Below are positions 34,806 to 44,067 of a stretch of DNA of 54,786 bases, in pieces. The position numbers and the translations under genes were made by a program. Numbering within the stretch: the stretch's first letter is position 1; each line of letters opens with the position of its first letter. The notes under the pieces were generated by a model that was not told where the DNA came from, ran no database searches, and saw only the letters and a list, made by a program, of their open reading frames with translations. Origin of the DNA: an uncultured Actinomycetes bacterium (lineage in GTDB: Bacteria; Actinomycetota; Acidimicrobiia; Acidimicrobiales; RAAP-2); the NCBI GenBank assembly GCA_903848885.1, contig CAINHL010000023.1, forward strand, positions 1 through 54,786, given 5' to 3'.

Positions 34806-34879
34806 ACAACTCCTTTAGTTCTTCTTATCGTAGTAAATGCCTTGCATCATTCGAACCGAGGGCCTCGTACGCTACGTAG

Positions 34880-35386
34880 GTGGCCCACATCAGCGTTGCG
34901 CGTGAAGATATCGAATTACCCGGACCACGCGCCCTCGTCTTTGCCGCTCTCGACGAGCTCGACCGCCGTTACGGCAATGATTCCGATCGCGCGCACTTGG
35001 ATTGGAGCGAACTCACGGGACCTCGTGGATCCTTCGTGGTCGCGCGCGTGGATGGTCACCTTGCCGGTGGCGTGGGTCTGCGCTCCATCCTCGACCCCGC
35101 CGACGCGTGGGGCGAGATCAAGCGACTCTGGGTGCGTCCCGACCTGCGGCGCGCGGGAGTAGCCGGTGCTCTCATGGCGGGTATTGAAGACGAGGCGCGG
35201 CGACTGAACTACCGACAGCTCTATTTAGAAACGGGTATCAAACAGCCCGAAGCCATTGCCTTTTATGAGCGCATCGGCTGGACGCACGTGGAGTCCTTTC
35301 CACCGGGGGCTTTTACCTACCCCAGTGGCGTGCGCTTCACCCGCGTGCTCAGCGACCAAACTGCTGATCCAACCACGTCGCGCTGA
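34880..35386 (+). CDS. GNAT acetyltransferase
   Basis: EIKRLWV, RRAGVA, LETG..QPEA. Confidence 0.88.
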   Translation: MAHISVAREDIELPGPRALVFAALDELDRRYGNDSDRAHLDWSELTGPRGSFVVARVDGHLAGGVGLRSILDPADAWGEIKRLWVRPDLRRAGVAGALMAGIEDEARRLNYRQLYLETGIKQPEAIAFYERIGWTHVESFPPGAFTYPSGVRFTRVLSDQTADPTTSR

Positions 35387-36011
35387 GCTCGTCGAGCGAG
35401 TCCAAGACGAGGTCGGCGATCACGAAGGTCGGCGCGCGTCGCTCGTCGGCTGCCGGCACGGCCACGCAGGTGGCTCGCGCCGCCTTGGCCGCTATCACCC
35501 CGGCTTGTGAGTCCTCGAAGACCAGACAATCTTTCGGATGGCAATCGATGTCCAGGGCGGCGGTAATGAAAACACCGGGGTGGGGCTTACCGAAAGGTTC
35601 GAACTCGGCTGAATAAATCCCGACAAAACGTTCGCGCAGCGAAAAGTGATCCAAACAGCGGCGAATCAGGTCGATGGGGGTGGAACTGGCGACCACCACG
35701 GGGCCACGCTCCGCGCAGAGGGCAATCGCCCGTTCGGCTCCGGGCAAGAGTCGCCCTTCGCTCTCCACGAGGTCTCCCACGCGTTGGAGAATCTGTTGCA
35801 CGACCTCGCGCGTCGACGGTCCCGTCCAGGCATGGCGCTGCCACCAAAAATCCACCACTTCGGCGACGTACATGCCCTTGGTGAGGCGGGTCCCGTCCTG
35901 AGGAATCACCACGCCCAGGGAGCCGAAAATCTCTACTTCCGCCTTGTGCCAGAGGATCTCGGAGTCCAAGAGGAGTCCGTCCATGTCGAAGAGGGTCGCG
36001 CGAAGAGCCAT
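35349..36011 (-). CDS. HAD-family sugar phosphatase (HxpB/YniC-like)
   Basis: FDMDGLLLDSE, KPHP, FEDS. Confidence 0.9.
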   Translation of the reverse strand: MALRATLFDMDGLLLDSEILWHKAEVEIFGSLGVVIPQDGTRLTKGMYVAEVVDFWWQRHAWTGPSTREVVQQILQRVGDLVESEGRLLPGAERAIALCAERGPVVVASSTPIDLIRRCLDHFSLRERFVGIYSAEFEPFGKPHPGVFITAALDIDCHPKDCLVFEDSQAGVIAAKAARATCVAVPAADERRAPTFVIADLVLDSLDELSATWLDQQFGR

Positions 36012-36057
36012 GGTCTACTTTCTCACATTCACCGCGCCATCTCTGTACGGTGATGAG

Positions 36058-36957
36058 GTGACCGCCCTGCGACCCGCACGTTCCGCCGACATTGACGAGA
36101 TCGTCGATCGCGTGGTGCGCGCGCGTCGTCGACACGCAGACGGTGCCGAGGATTCCATCGATGTCGGCGCCCTGCGCCGGGAAATGAACGATTCTCTCGC
36201 CGACATTTCGGTCCTCACGAACAGCACAGGTCTCGTCGGGCACCTTCGTGGAACAATTCTCGAGGGAGGTTCGTTTGGCCGTGCGCTTTGGATGAGCCCC
36301 GACGGTTTCTCTTGTAACTCCGCGGAAGATTTACTGGCCTTGGTGGAGGGCTGTCGACCTTCGTGGATCGAAGCGGGAGCGACGGCGGCCTACGTCTGGG
36401 CACCGCTCATCGACGCCACGACCTGGGAAGAAGTGGGATTCCAGCGCGTCCACGCCCGTGGCGTGCGTGTGCGTGGCGGTGACCATCCTGCCGATAGTTT
36501 CCCCGAGGGCTATCGCGCGCGACGAGCTTCTCTCGACGACCTCGACATCGCCCTCTCTCTCGACCACGCCCAGACGGCGAGCGACCCACAGACCGATGGG
36601 CTCCCGCCCGGTCCGGTGGACGAGGAATGGCGCGAAACTCTCGAGGATCCCGACAGCTCCTACGTCATTGTTGAATACCACGGTATTGCCGTGGGGCACG
36701 CGGTGGCTTTCCCCCTGAGCGCGCACACCGGAAGTACGCAGTCACGTCTACATCTCAGTGGCGTGGTCATTCTGCCCGAACACCGCGGACGTGGAGTGGG
36801 CCGGGCAATGGTGCGTGCCGTACTCGACGCTGCCGCCGCGCAGGACGACACGCAGGTAGAAGTGAACTGGGACACGCATAACGAGGTGGCTCAGAATTTT
36901 TGGCGGGCTCTCGGTTTTCGAGAGACCCACCTACGACTGCGAAGAGTCCTGAACTAG
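36058..36957 (+). CDS. GNAT acetyltransferase (C-terminal GNAT domain, divergent N-terminal domain)
   Basis: PEHRGRGVGRA and N..AQNFWRALGF; TACGGT-N6-GTG. Confidence 0.8.
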   Translation: MTALRPARSADIDEIVDRVVRARRRHADGAEDSIDVGALRREMNDSLADISVLTNSTGLVGHLRGTILEGGSFGRALWMSPDGFSCNSAEDLLALVEGCRPSWIEAGATAAYVWAPLIDATTWEEVGFQRVHARGVRVRGGDHPADSFPEGYRARRASLDDLDIALSLDHAQTASDPQTDGLPPGPVDEEWRETLEDPDSSYVIVEYHGIAVGHAVAFPLSAHTGSTQSRLHLSGVVILPEHRGRGVGRAMVRAVLDAAAAQDDTQVEVNWDTHNEVAQNFWRALGFRETHLRLRRVLN

Positions 36958-37439
36958 TTCGCCAGCGACGCTTCGATGGCGCTGACCAAGGAGGAATCCT
37001 CGGGAGTCACCATGGGGCCAAAGCGGGTCACGCTGCCGTCGGCCGCGATGAGGAACTTCTCAAAGTTCCAACGGATGTCGCCGTCCACGCCGTCGGCGTC
37101 GGCCACCTGGGTGAGCTCGGCGTAGATCGGGTGGCGGTCGTCACCGTTGACGTCAATCTTCTCCATCAAGGGGAAGGTGACACCGTAGGTGGTGGAGCAG
37201 AACTCTTGAATCTCCTCAGCGCTGCCGGGCTCTTGGCCGAGAAACTGGTTACAGGGGAAACCCACCACGGTGAAGCCACGTGACCCGTAGGTCTTCTGCA
37301 GTTCTTCCAGTCCGGTGTACTGCGGCGTCAGTCCACACTTCGAGGCGACGTTGACCGCGAGAATCACTTGGCCGGCGTAGGCGCCAAGGGTGGTGTCGCT
37401 GCCGGAAAGGGTCTTGAGGGGTGCCGTGAAAATTGTCAT
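36954..37439 (-). CDS. Glutathione peroxidase-family thiol peroxidase (Cys type)
   Basis: NVASKCGLTPQY, FPCNQF, WNFEKF. Confidence 0.95.
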   Translation of the reverse strand: MTIFTAPLKTLSGSDTTLGAYAGQVILAVNVASKCGLTPQYTGLEELQKTYGSRGFTVVGFPCNQFLGQEPGSAEEIQEFCSTTYGVTFPLMEKIDVNGDDRHPIYAELTQVADADGVDGDIRWNFEKFLIAADGSVTRFGPMVTPEDSSLVSAIEASLAN

Positions 37440-37490
37440 GTCGGTACCTTATCCGGCGGACGCAATTCGGGCGCAATCTAGGCTACGGCC

Positions 37491-38432
37491 ATGCGCGCAG
37501 CCACAATTGTCAACGGTTCTCTCGTCATTGCCGACCGACCCACCCCCGTCGCCGGTCCGGGTGACGTACTAATCGAAATCGCCAGCGCCGGCATCAACGC
37601 CGCCGACCTGCTCCAACTCCTCGGCTTCTACCCCGCCCCCGCAGGATCCCCCGCGGATATTCCCGGACTCGAAATTGCCGGCCACGTGGTGGCCGTCGGC
37701 CCCCAGGTGGACAGCGAGCTCCTTGGTCGTCGCGTCTGTGCCGTAGTGGGTGGCGGCGCCCACGCCACGCACGTCGTCGTCCCCGCCGAGCACCTCATTC
37801 AGATTCCCGAAGAGGCTGACCTCATCACCGCGGGGGGCTTTGCCGAAGCGTTCTCCACCGCCGCCGACGCCCTCATCACGCAAGGCGAACTCGCGAGTGG
37901 CCAGCACCTCGTCGTTTCCGGCGCCGCGGGTGGCGTCGGAACAGCGGCGGTGCAGATCGCGGCCGCGCTCGGCGCACAGGTCACGGCCGTCACTCGTAAC
38001 GACACGCACCACGCCGCTCTCCAGAAACTCGGTGCTCACACGACCACGATTAACTCGCCCGAGATGTCCTTGGCGCCCGTCGACGTATTGCTCGAACTTA
38101 TCGGCGCGGCCCACCTCGAGGTGGCGCAACGTTTCCTGGCGCCGCGTGGTCGGGTAGTCATTATTGGCGTGGGTGGTGGTGGACGCGCCGAGATCGATCT
38201 GCTCGCCATTATGCAGCGTCGTATCCGCGTCACGGGATCGACCTTGCGGGCGCGCGCCCGTGATCAAAAAGCCGAAGTCGCCACCTTGGTGAACGAGGTG
38301 GTGCGTCCCTGGTGGCAGTCGGGTCAGGTACACGTGCCGGTGGCGGAAGTGGTCGACTTCTCTCAGATCAATGATGCCTACGAGCACTTCCGCGTGGCCG
38401 GAAAACTCGGCAAGATTATTGTCCGGATGTAG
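37491..38432 (+). CDS. NAD(P)H:quinone oxidoreductase (MDR family)
   Basis: GINAAD, PGLE, GAAGGVG, TGSTLR, GKII. Confidence 0.88.
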   Translation: MRAATIVNGSLVIADRPTPVAGPGDVLIEIASAGINAADLLQLLGFYPAPAGSPADIPGLEIAGHVVAVGPQVDSELLGRRVCAVVGGGAHATHVVVPAEHLIQIPEEADLITAGGFAEAFSTAADALITQGELASGQHLVVSGAAGGVGTAAVQIAAALGAQVTAVTRNDTHHAALQKLGAHTTTINSPEMSLAPVDVLLELIGAAHLEVAQRFLAPRGRVVIIGVGGGGRAEIDLLAIMQRRIRVTGSTLRARARDQKAEVATLVNEVVRPWWQSGQVHVPVAEVVDFSQINDAYEHFRVAGKLGKIIVRM

Positions 38433-38455
38433 GAGTAGAACGCTAGGTTGAGCCC

Positions 38456-38674
38456 ATGTCCGACGTCGCGATTCCTCGCCCCCACCCGTCGCGACTTTCG
38501 CCCGAACGCCGTGATTACCAGGTGATCGTGGAAGCCCACGAAAGAGCCGTACGGGCGAAGGAAACCTTCTACCGTGATCCCACCACGGGTCTCTACGTCT
38601 TGACCTGCGCCACGCACCTCGAACGAGGTTTTTGCTGCGAGACGGGATGCCGTCACTGTCCCTATCTGGGCTAG
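38456..38674 (+). CDS. DUF5522-like small Cys-rich protein
   Basis: YRDPTTG...HLERGFCCETGCRHCPY; TAGGTT-N6-ATG. Confidence 0.8.
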   Translation: MSDVAIPRPHPSRLSPERRDYQVIVEAHERAVRAKETFYRDPTTGLYVLTCATHLERGFCCETGCRHCPYLG

Positions 38675-39795
38675 GACCTGAGGAAACTCTCCAGCGACGT
38701 GTGGGGGAGTTGGTGCGCCGCGGCGACGGGGGCGTAGAGGATTTCGCCCTGGGCCACGTTGACCCCTTCGGCCAGCGCCGCGTCACGCGCGACCGCTCCG
38801 CGCCAGCCGTGCGCCGCCAGGGCGCGGGTGTAGGGAAGAGTGGCGTTGGCGAGGGCGTAGGTCGAGGTCTGCGGAACGGCGCCGGGCATGTTGGCCACAC
38901 AGTAAAACACGCATCCGTTGACGTCGAAGGTGGGTGCGGAGTGAGTGGTCGCGTGCGTCGCTTCAAAACAACCGCCCTGATCGACCGCGATGTCGACGAG
39001 AACCGAGCCGGGACGCATACGCGACACCAATTCGTTGCTGACCAGAGTGGGTGCTTTGGCGCCGACGACTAAAACGGCACCAATGACGATGTCGGCGTCG
39101 AGACAGGCCGCTTCGATCGCCGTGGCGGACGAGGCCATGGTTTGGACGCGGCCTTCAAACTGATAATCAATCGCGCGCAGTCGATCGAGATTGGTATCGA
39201 GAATCGTCACGCGGGCGTGCATGCCCACCGCCAAAGTCGCCGCGGCGATGCCCGACACCCCTCCACCGATGACCACGACGTGGGCGGCTCGTACTCCGGG
39301 AACTCCCGACACCAAGACGCCACCGCCGCCGCCGGAACGCATCAAGTGGTGAGCGCCCATTAGCGGTGCCATGCGCCCCGCTACTTCGCTCATGGGAATC
39401 AGCAGGGGCAGTGAGTTATCCGCCAGTCGCACGGTTTCGTACGCAATGGCCGTGTTCTGGGCGGCCATCAGCGCGTCGGTGCAGTCGCGTGAGGCCGCTA
39501 AGTGGAGATAGGTAAAGAGCACTTGATCGGGACGAGCGGCCAGGCGACCGTATTCGGCCGCGATGGGTTCTTTTACCTTGAGTACCAGCTCACTACTGGA
39601 CCAGACCTCGTCGGCGGAGTTCACCATGGTGGCACCGCTGGCGACGAAATCGGCGTCGGTAATGGACGAACCCACACCGGCACCAGCTTCGATGAGCACG
39701 TGGTGGCCGTCGTGCGTTAATTCCCGCACGCCCGCGGGGGTGAGGGCGACACGATGCTCGTCAGTTTTGATTTCTTTCGGTACTCCGATGATCAT
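38671..39795 (-). CDS. ald: Alanine dehydrogenase
   Basis: IGVPKEIK, KVKEP, MSEVAGR, VDIAVDQGGCFE, VANMPGAV. Confidence 0.96.
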   Translation of the reverse strand: MIIGVPKEIKTDEHRVALTPAGVRELTHDGHHVLIEAGAGVGSSITDADFVASGATMVNSADEVWSSSELVLKVKEPIAAEYGRLAARPDQVLFTYLHLAASRDCTDALMAAQNTAIAYETVRLADNSLPLLIPMSEVAGRMAPLMGAHHLMRSGGGGGVLVSGVPGVRAAHVVVIGGGVSGIAAATLAVGMHARVTILDTNLDRLRAIDYQFEGRVQTMASSATAIEAACLDADIVIGAVLVVGAKAPTLVSNELVSRMRPGSVLVDIAVDQGGCFEATHATTHSAPTFDVNGCVFYCVANMPGAVPQTSTYALANATLPYTRALAAHGWRGAVARDAALAEGVNVAQGEILYAPVAAAHQLPHTSLESFLRS

Positions 39796-39848
39796 CGTTG
39801 ATCATCCTTTCTTTTTGACCCGTCGCGCGAGCAACGCGGAGGGGCGAA

Positions 39849-41276
39849 CTATTCGCCGAGATTGTGCATGACGTGCTTGATGCGGGTGTAGTCCTCAAAG
39901 CCGTAGACCGAGAGGTCTTTGCCGTATCCGGAATTCTTGAAACCACCGTGCGGCATTTCGGCGACGATAGGAATGTGGGTGTTTACCCATACGCAACCAA
40001 AATCCAGGTCCCGCGCAAAGCGCATGGCCCGACCATGATCGCTGGTCCACACCGACGAAGCTAGTCCGAAGGGCACCCCATTCGCCCAGGCCAAGGCTTC
40101 GGCGTCGTCACTGAACTTTTGCACGGTAATGACCGGGCCAAAAATTTCGGTCTGAATCATTTCGTCGTTTTGCAACAAGTCCGCCACCACCGTGGGCTGG
40201 ACGAAATATCCGCTGTCACCTTGACGTTGACCACCGGCGGCGATCGACGCGTGACCGGGCGTACGGGCCAAAAAGCCCGTCACGCGCTCGAATTGGTTGA
40301 CGTTATTAACCGGACCGAAGAGGGCCTCGTCATTGTCCGGCATGCCAATCACCGTGTGGCGGGCTTGCTCGCTCAGGGCATCCACGAAGTTCCCGTAGGC
40401 CTTCGGCGCCACCAGGACACGCGTCGCGGCGGTGCAGTCCTGGCCGGCATTGAAGTAGCCACCCATCGCAATTCCGGCGGCGGCACTTTCAATATCCGCG
40501 TCGTCAAAGACCACCACGGGAGCCTTGCCACCCAATTCGAGATGTACGCGCTTCAAGGTAGAACTCGCACTCTTCGCCACTTCCATTCCGGCGCGCACGG
40601 ATCCCGTCACCGACACCATGGCCGGGATGGGATGCTCGACGAGGGCGCGACCCGTGTCGCGGTCACCGCAGACGACGTTGAACACTCCCGCCGGCAGGAA
40701 CTCGCTCATGATTTCGGCCATCAAGAGAGTCGAGACCGGGGTGGTGTCCGATGGCTTCAAGACCATGGTGTTTCCGGCGGCGATGGCCGGAGCCCACTTC
40801 CACACGGCCATCATCATGGGGTAGTTCCACGGTGTGACCGCGCCGCAGACGCCAATAGGTTCGCGTCGTACGTAGCTGGTGTGGCCCGTCATGTATTCAG
40901 CCGCTCCGCGGCCTTCGAGAATACGCGCCGCACCCGCAAAGAAACGAATCTGGTCAACCATGGGAGGTAATTCTTCGCTCATTGTGACCGAAAGAATTTT
41001 TCCGCAATTCTCCGCTTCCAGCGCCACGATCTCGGCCCCACGGGCTTCGATGGCGTCGGCAATCTGGAGGAGGGCGCGGGAACGCACCGACGGCGTGGTG
41101 CGACGCCAACTGGCGAAGGCCTGCTGGGCAATCTGCAGGGCGTGGTCCATATCCGCAGCGCTAGACACCGGAGCCTCGCAGAAGGGCTGCCCCGTGGCTG
41201 GGTTGATGAGCTCGGCGTAACGGCCACTCATCGGGGCGACGTATTGGCCACCCACAAAGTTCATTACACGGCGCAT
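39849..41276 (-). CDS. Gamma-aminobutyraldehyde dehydrogenase (PatD-like)
   Basis: PWNYP, ELGGKAP, NAGQDCTAATR, EMPHGGFK, FEDYTRIKHVM; AGGAG RBS before ATG 41276. Confidence 0.9.
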   Translation of the reverse strand: MRRVMNFVGGQYVAPMSGRYAELINPATGQPFCEAPVSSAADMDHALQIAQQAFASWRRTTPSVRSRALLQIADAIEARGAEIVALEAENCGKILSVTMSEELPPMVDQIRFFAGAARILEGRGAAEYMTGHTSYVRREPIGVCGAVTPWNYPMMMAVWKWAPAIAAGNTMVLKPSDTTPVSTLLMAEIMSEFLPAGVFNVVCGDRDTGRALVEHPIPAMVSVTGSVRAGMEVAKSASSTLKRVHLELGGKAPVVVFDDADIESAAAGIAMGGYFNAGQDCTAATRVLVAPKAYGNFVDALSEQARHTVIGMPDNDEALFGPVNNVNQFERVTGFLARTPGHASIAAGGQRQGDSGYFVQPTVVADLLQNDEMIQTEIFGPVITVQKFSDDAEALAWANGVPFGLASSVWTSDHGRAMRFARDLDFGCVWVNTHIPIVAEMPHGGFKNSGYGKDLSVYGFEDYTRIKHVMHNLGE

Positions 41277-41476
41277 GTTGACTCCTGTGTCAGGGCATTG
41301 TCCAGATTCTGCCTGCCCCCACTCTGCCAGAATCCTGCCCCCAACGCAATTACCAATATACGAAATAAGTCCCCCAATACCCCCCTCATGCTCCATATCG
41401 GACCTAAATAGTGCTAAGGTGACGATATCCGCAACATACGGGGCAGATTTAGTCCAAACCGTGCGGGGGGAAGCGT

Positions 41477-41995
41477 ATGGAACGACCAAGTAGTGCCGCC
41501 AAAGCAGTACCAGCCACCGAGCGCGAGATCATTGAGCCTCTGGTGTCGTCCGGAATGGACGCGATTGACCGACGCATCATCGGTCTTCTCCAAGTCGACG
41601 GTCGACGCGCGTACGGGGCCATCGCCCTCGAACTCGGACTCTCCGAAGCCGCCGTGCGACGTCGGGTGCAACGACTGCGCGATTCGGGCGTCATGCAAAT
41701 CGTGGCCATCACCGATCCTTTGCAACTAGGTTTCGGTCGCGAAGCTCTGGTGGGCATTCGCGTCCACGGTGACGTGCGCCTGGTCGCCGACAAGATTGCC
41801 GCCATTCGCGAGGCGAACTACGTGGTCATGACTGCCGGCAGCTTCGACATCATCGCCGAAGTAATTGCCGTGGACGACGACGCCTTAGTGCATCTCTTAA
41901 ACGACGCCATTCGCTCCATTCCCGGCGTGACCGAAGTCGAAACCTTTCTCTATCTCAAGCTCAGCAAACAGACCTACAACTGGGGAACCAAATAA
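41477..41995 (+). CDS. Lrp/AsnC transcriptional regulator
   Basis: LQVDGRR.Y..IA..LGLSEAAVRRRV HTH; TAGSFD. Confidence 0.93.
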   Translation: MERPSSAAKAVPATEREIIEPLVSSGMDAIDRRIIGLLQVDGRRAYGAIALELGLSEAAVRRRVQRLRDSGVMQIVAITDPLQLGFGREALVGIRVHGDVRLVADKIAAIREANYVVMTAGSFDIIAEVIAVDDDALVHLLNDAIRSIPGVTEVETFLYLKLSKQTYNWGTK

Positions 41996-43416
41996 TGGCC
42001 ATCCACGAAATATTCACCGACGGCATTTCCGCTCGTCCCACGAGTCCCGAAAGCCACGACCTCTCGGAACGCGCGCGACGCCACCTCTGGCTCCAAGTAT
42101 CGCGTATGGGTTCCTATTCCGACACCGCCGAAATTCCCGTCATGGTGCGCGGTGCCGGCACCAAGGTCTACGACGCTCAGGGCAACGAGTACTTCGACGG
42201 ACTGTCGGGACTTTTTACCAATCAACTGGGCCACGGACGCAAAGACATCGCCGAGGCATCGCGCGACCAGCTCGAGACCTTGGGCTATTTCCCTCTGTGG
42301 ACCTACGCGCACCCGCGCGCCATTGAATTGGCGGAGCGTCTGGCCCGACTCGCCCCGGGTGACCTGAACCGTGTCTTTTTCACCAGTGGTGGAGGTGACG
42401 CCGTCGAAAGTGCCTTCAAGCTAGCCCGCAACTACCACCGCCTTCAGGGTCACACTGATCGCTACAAGGTGATCAGCCGCGACGTGGCCTACCACGGGAC
42501 CACCATGGGTGCCGTCACCGTGACCTCCATTGCTTCCTACCGCACGATGTTCGAGCCCTTAGTGCCGGGTGCCGTGAAGATCCCCAACACGAACTTTTAC
42601 CGCCCCCTGGCGCACGGAGACGACCCCGCAGCCTTCGGTCACTTCCACGCCCAGCAACTCGAAGAAGCAATCCTGCGCGAAGGCCCCGACACCGTGGCCG
42701 CCGTCTTTCTCGAACCGGTCCAAAACGCGGGCGGTTGCTTCACTCCCCCGCCGGGATATCTCCAAGAGGTGCGCGACATCTGCGACAAGTACGGCGTGCT
42801 CTACGTGTCGGACGAAGTCATTTGTGGCTTTGGTCGTCTCGGCGAGTACTTCTCCGCCGACAAGTACGGCGTGGTGCCCGACATCATTACCTGCGCCAAG
42901 GGCTTGACCGCCGGCTACGCCCCCTTGGGCGCCATGATCGTCTCCGACCGTATTGCGGAACCCTTCATGCACGACGACACCTCCTTCGTTCACGGCTTTA
43001 CTTTCGCGGGCCACCCCGCGTCCTGCGCGGTGGCCCTGAAAGTCTTGGATATTTTCGAAAACGAAAACATCCTCGACAACGTGCGCAACAACCAGGACTA
43101 CTTCCACGCAGCCCTCGACGGATTACGCGACATTCCCATTGTGGGCGACGTCCGCGGCACCGGTTACTTCTGGGGCGTGGAACTGGTGAAGGACCAGTCG
43201 ACCAAGGAGACCTGGCAGGGTGACGAGGCCGAGCGCTTGTTGCGAGGCTTCATCTCACCGGAGATGTTCCGTCGCGGACTCATTTGTCGCAGCGACGACC
43301 GCGGCGACCCCGTCGTGCAACTCGCCCCGCCGCTCATCAGCACACGCGAAGACATCGACTGGATGGTCGGGGTACTGCGCAGCGTCTTCACTGACGCCGT
43401 CAACCGCGGACTGTAA
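41995..43416 (+). CDS. Class III (omega-amine:pyruvate-type) aminotransferase
   Basis: AYHG, EPVQ, DEVICGFGR, AKGLTAGY, HGFTF; TAATG overlap with the Lrp gene. Confidence 0.92.
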   Translation: MAIHEIFTDGISARPTSPESHDLSERARRHLWLQVSRMGSYSDTAEIPVMVRGAGTKVYDAQGNEYFDGLSGLFTNQLGHGRKDIAEASRDQLETLGYFPLWTYAHPRAIELAERLARLAPGDLNRVFFTSGGGDAVESAFKLARNYHRLQGHTDRYKVISRDVAYHGTTMGAVTVTSIASYRTMFEPLVPGAVKIPNTNFYRPLAHGDDPAAFGHFHAQQLEEAILREGPDTVAAVFLEPVQNAGGCFTPPPGYLQEVRDICDKYGVLYVSDEVICGFGRLGEYFSADKYGVVPDIITCAKGLTAGYAPLGAMIVSDRIAEPFMHDDTSFVHGFTFAGHPASCAVALKVLDIFENENILDNVRNNQDYFHAALDGLRDIPIVGDVRGTGYFWGVELVKDQSTKETWQGDEAERLLRGFISPEMFRRGLICRSDDRGDPVVQLAPPLISTREDIDWMVGVLRSVFTDAVNRGL

Positions 43417-43428
43417 CAAGCTCGCGTC

Positions 43429-44067
43429 TTAGACGAAAATATTGACGGCCCGCGCGGCCACCACGACCAAGGTCACCACCGATACCAGCGACTCGGACGC
43501 GAAGAGGGCTTTCGCACGGAAGGTCAAGGGCATGGCGTCAGCCGGAGCGAAACTGGTTCCGTTGGCGAAGGACGAGTACAAATAATCCCAGAAGCGAGGG
43601 CGCCAGCCCGCGGGGGCCAGCGTCGGATTTTCGAGTTGCGGGAATTGGATATCGGGCCATGACTCTCGATGCGTTCCCCGCACGCTCGGACCTCCACGGT
43701 CCACCTCCCATAGCCACAGTCCAAAGGCGATGACGTTGGTCAGCCAGACCAGCGCCGCGGCGAAAATCAACGCGCGTCCGTTGGTGACGTTGCGGGTCAA
43801 AAGATCATTGACCAAGAGACCAGTAGAAATCATGTTGGCTACGTGAATCAAAAAGATCAGGCCGATGGTGACGGGCCGCACCCACCGTGGTTCTTCGAAG
43901 TGACGGTGACGACCCATCGACAGTGGAATCAGCGGCAAGAGGACCAGCACCGGCAATATCCAACGTGGACCAACACACAGGCGCGAGGGCAGGGCGATAT
44001 AGAGCGCGGCGCAGACCACCAAGGCCAGCGACGCCGGCCAACGCGGTTCGTTCCGAGTATCAGTCAT
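43429..44067 (-). CDS. DUF1345-like membrane protein
   Basis: EPRWP, FPQ, W.PRFWDYLY, F.P.DAMPL, ARAVNI. Confidence 0.75.
   Translation of the reverse strand: MTDTRNEPRWPASLALVVCAALYIALPSRLCVGPRWILPVLVLLPLIPLSMGRHRHFEEPRWVRPVTIGLIFLIHVANMISTGLLVNDLLTRNVTNGRALIFAAALVWLTNVIAFGLWLWEVDRGGPSVRGTHRESWPDIQFPQLENPTLAPAGWRPRFWDYLYSSFANGTSFAPADAMPLTFRAKALFASESLVSVVTLVVVAARAVNIFV

Noticed and set aside
34849-34868. TCGAAC upstream of ileS/GNAT as a possible SOS box
   Set aside because: Only one half-site
36954-37439. Possible selenocysteine recoding in the peroxidase
   Set aside because: The active-site codon is TGT (Cys); no in-frame TGA
37569-38966. 465-aa minus-strand ORF
   Set aside because: Antisense or off-frame shadow of the quinone oxidoreductase, DUF5522-like and ald genes; no motifs; typical of GC-rich DNA
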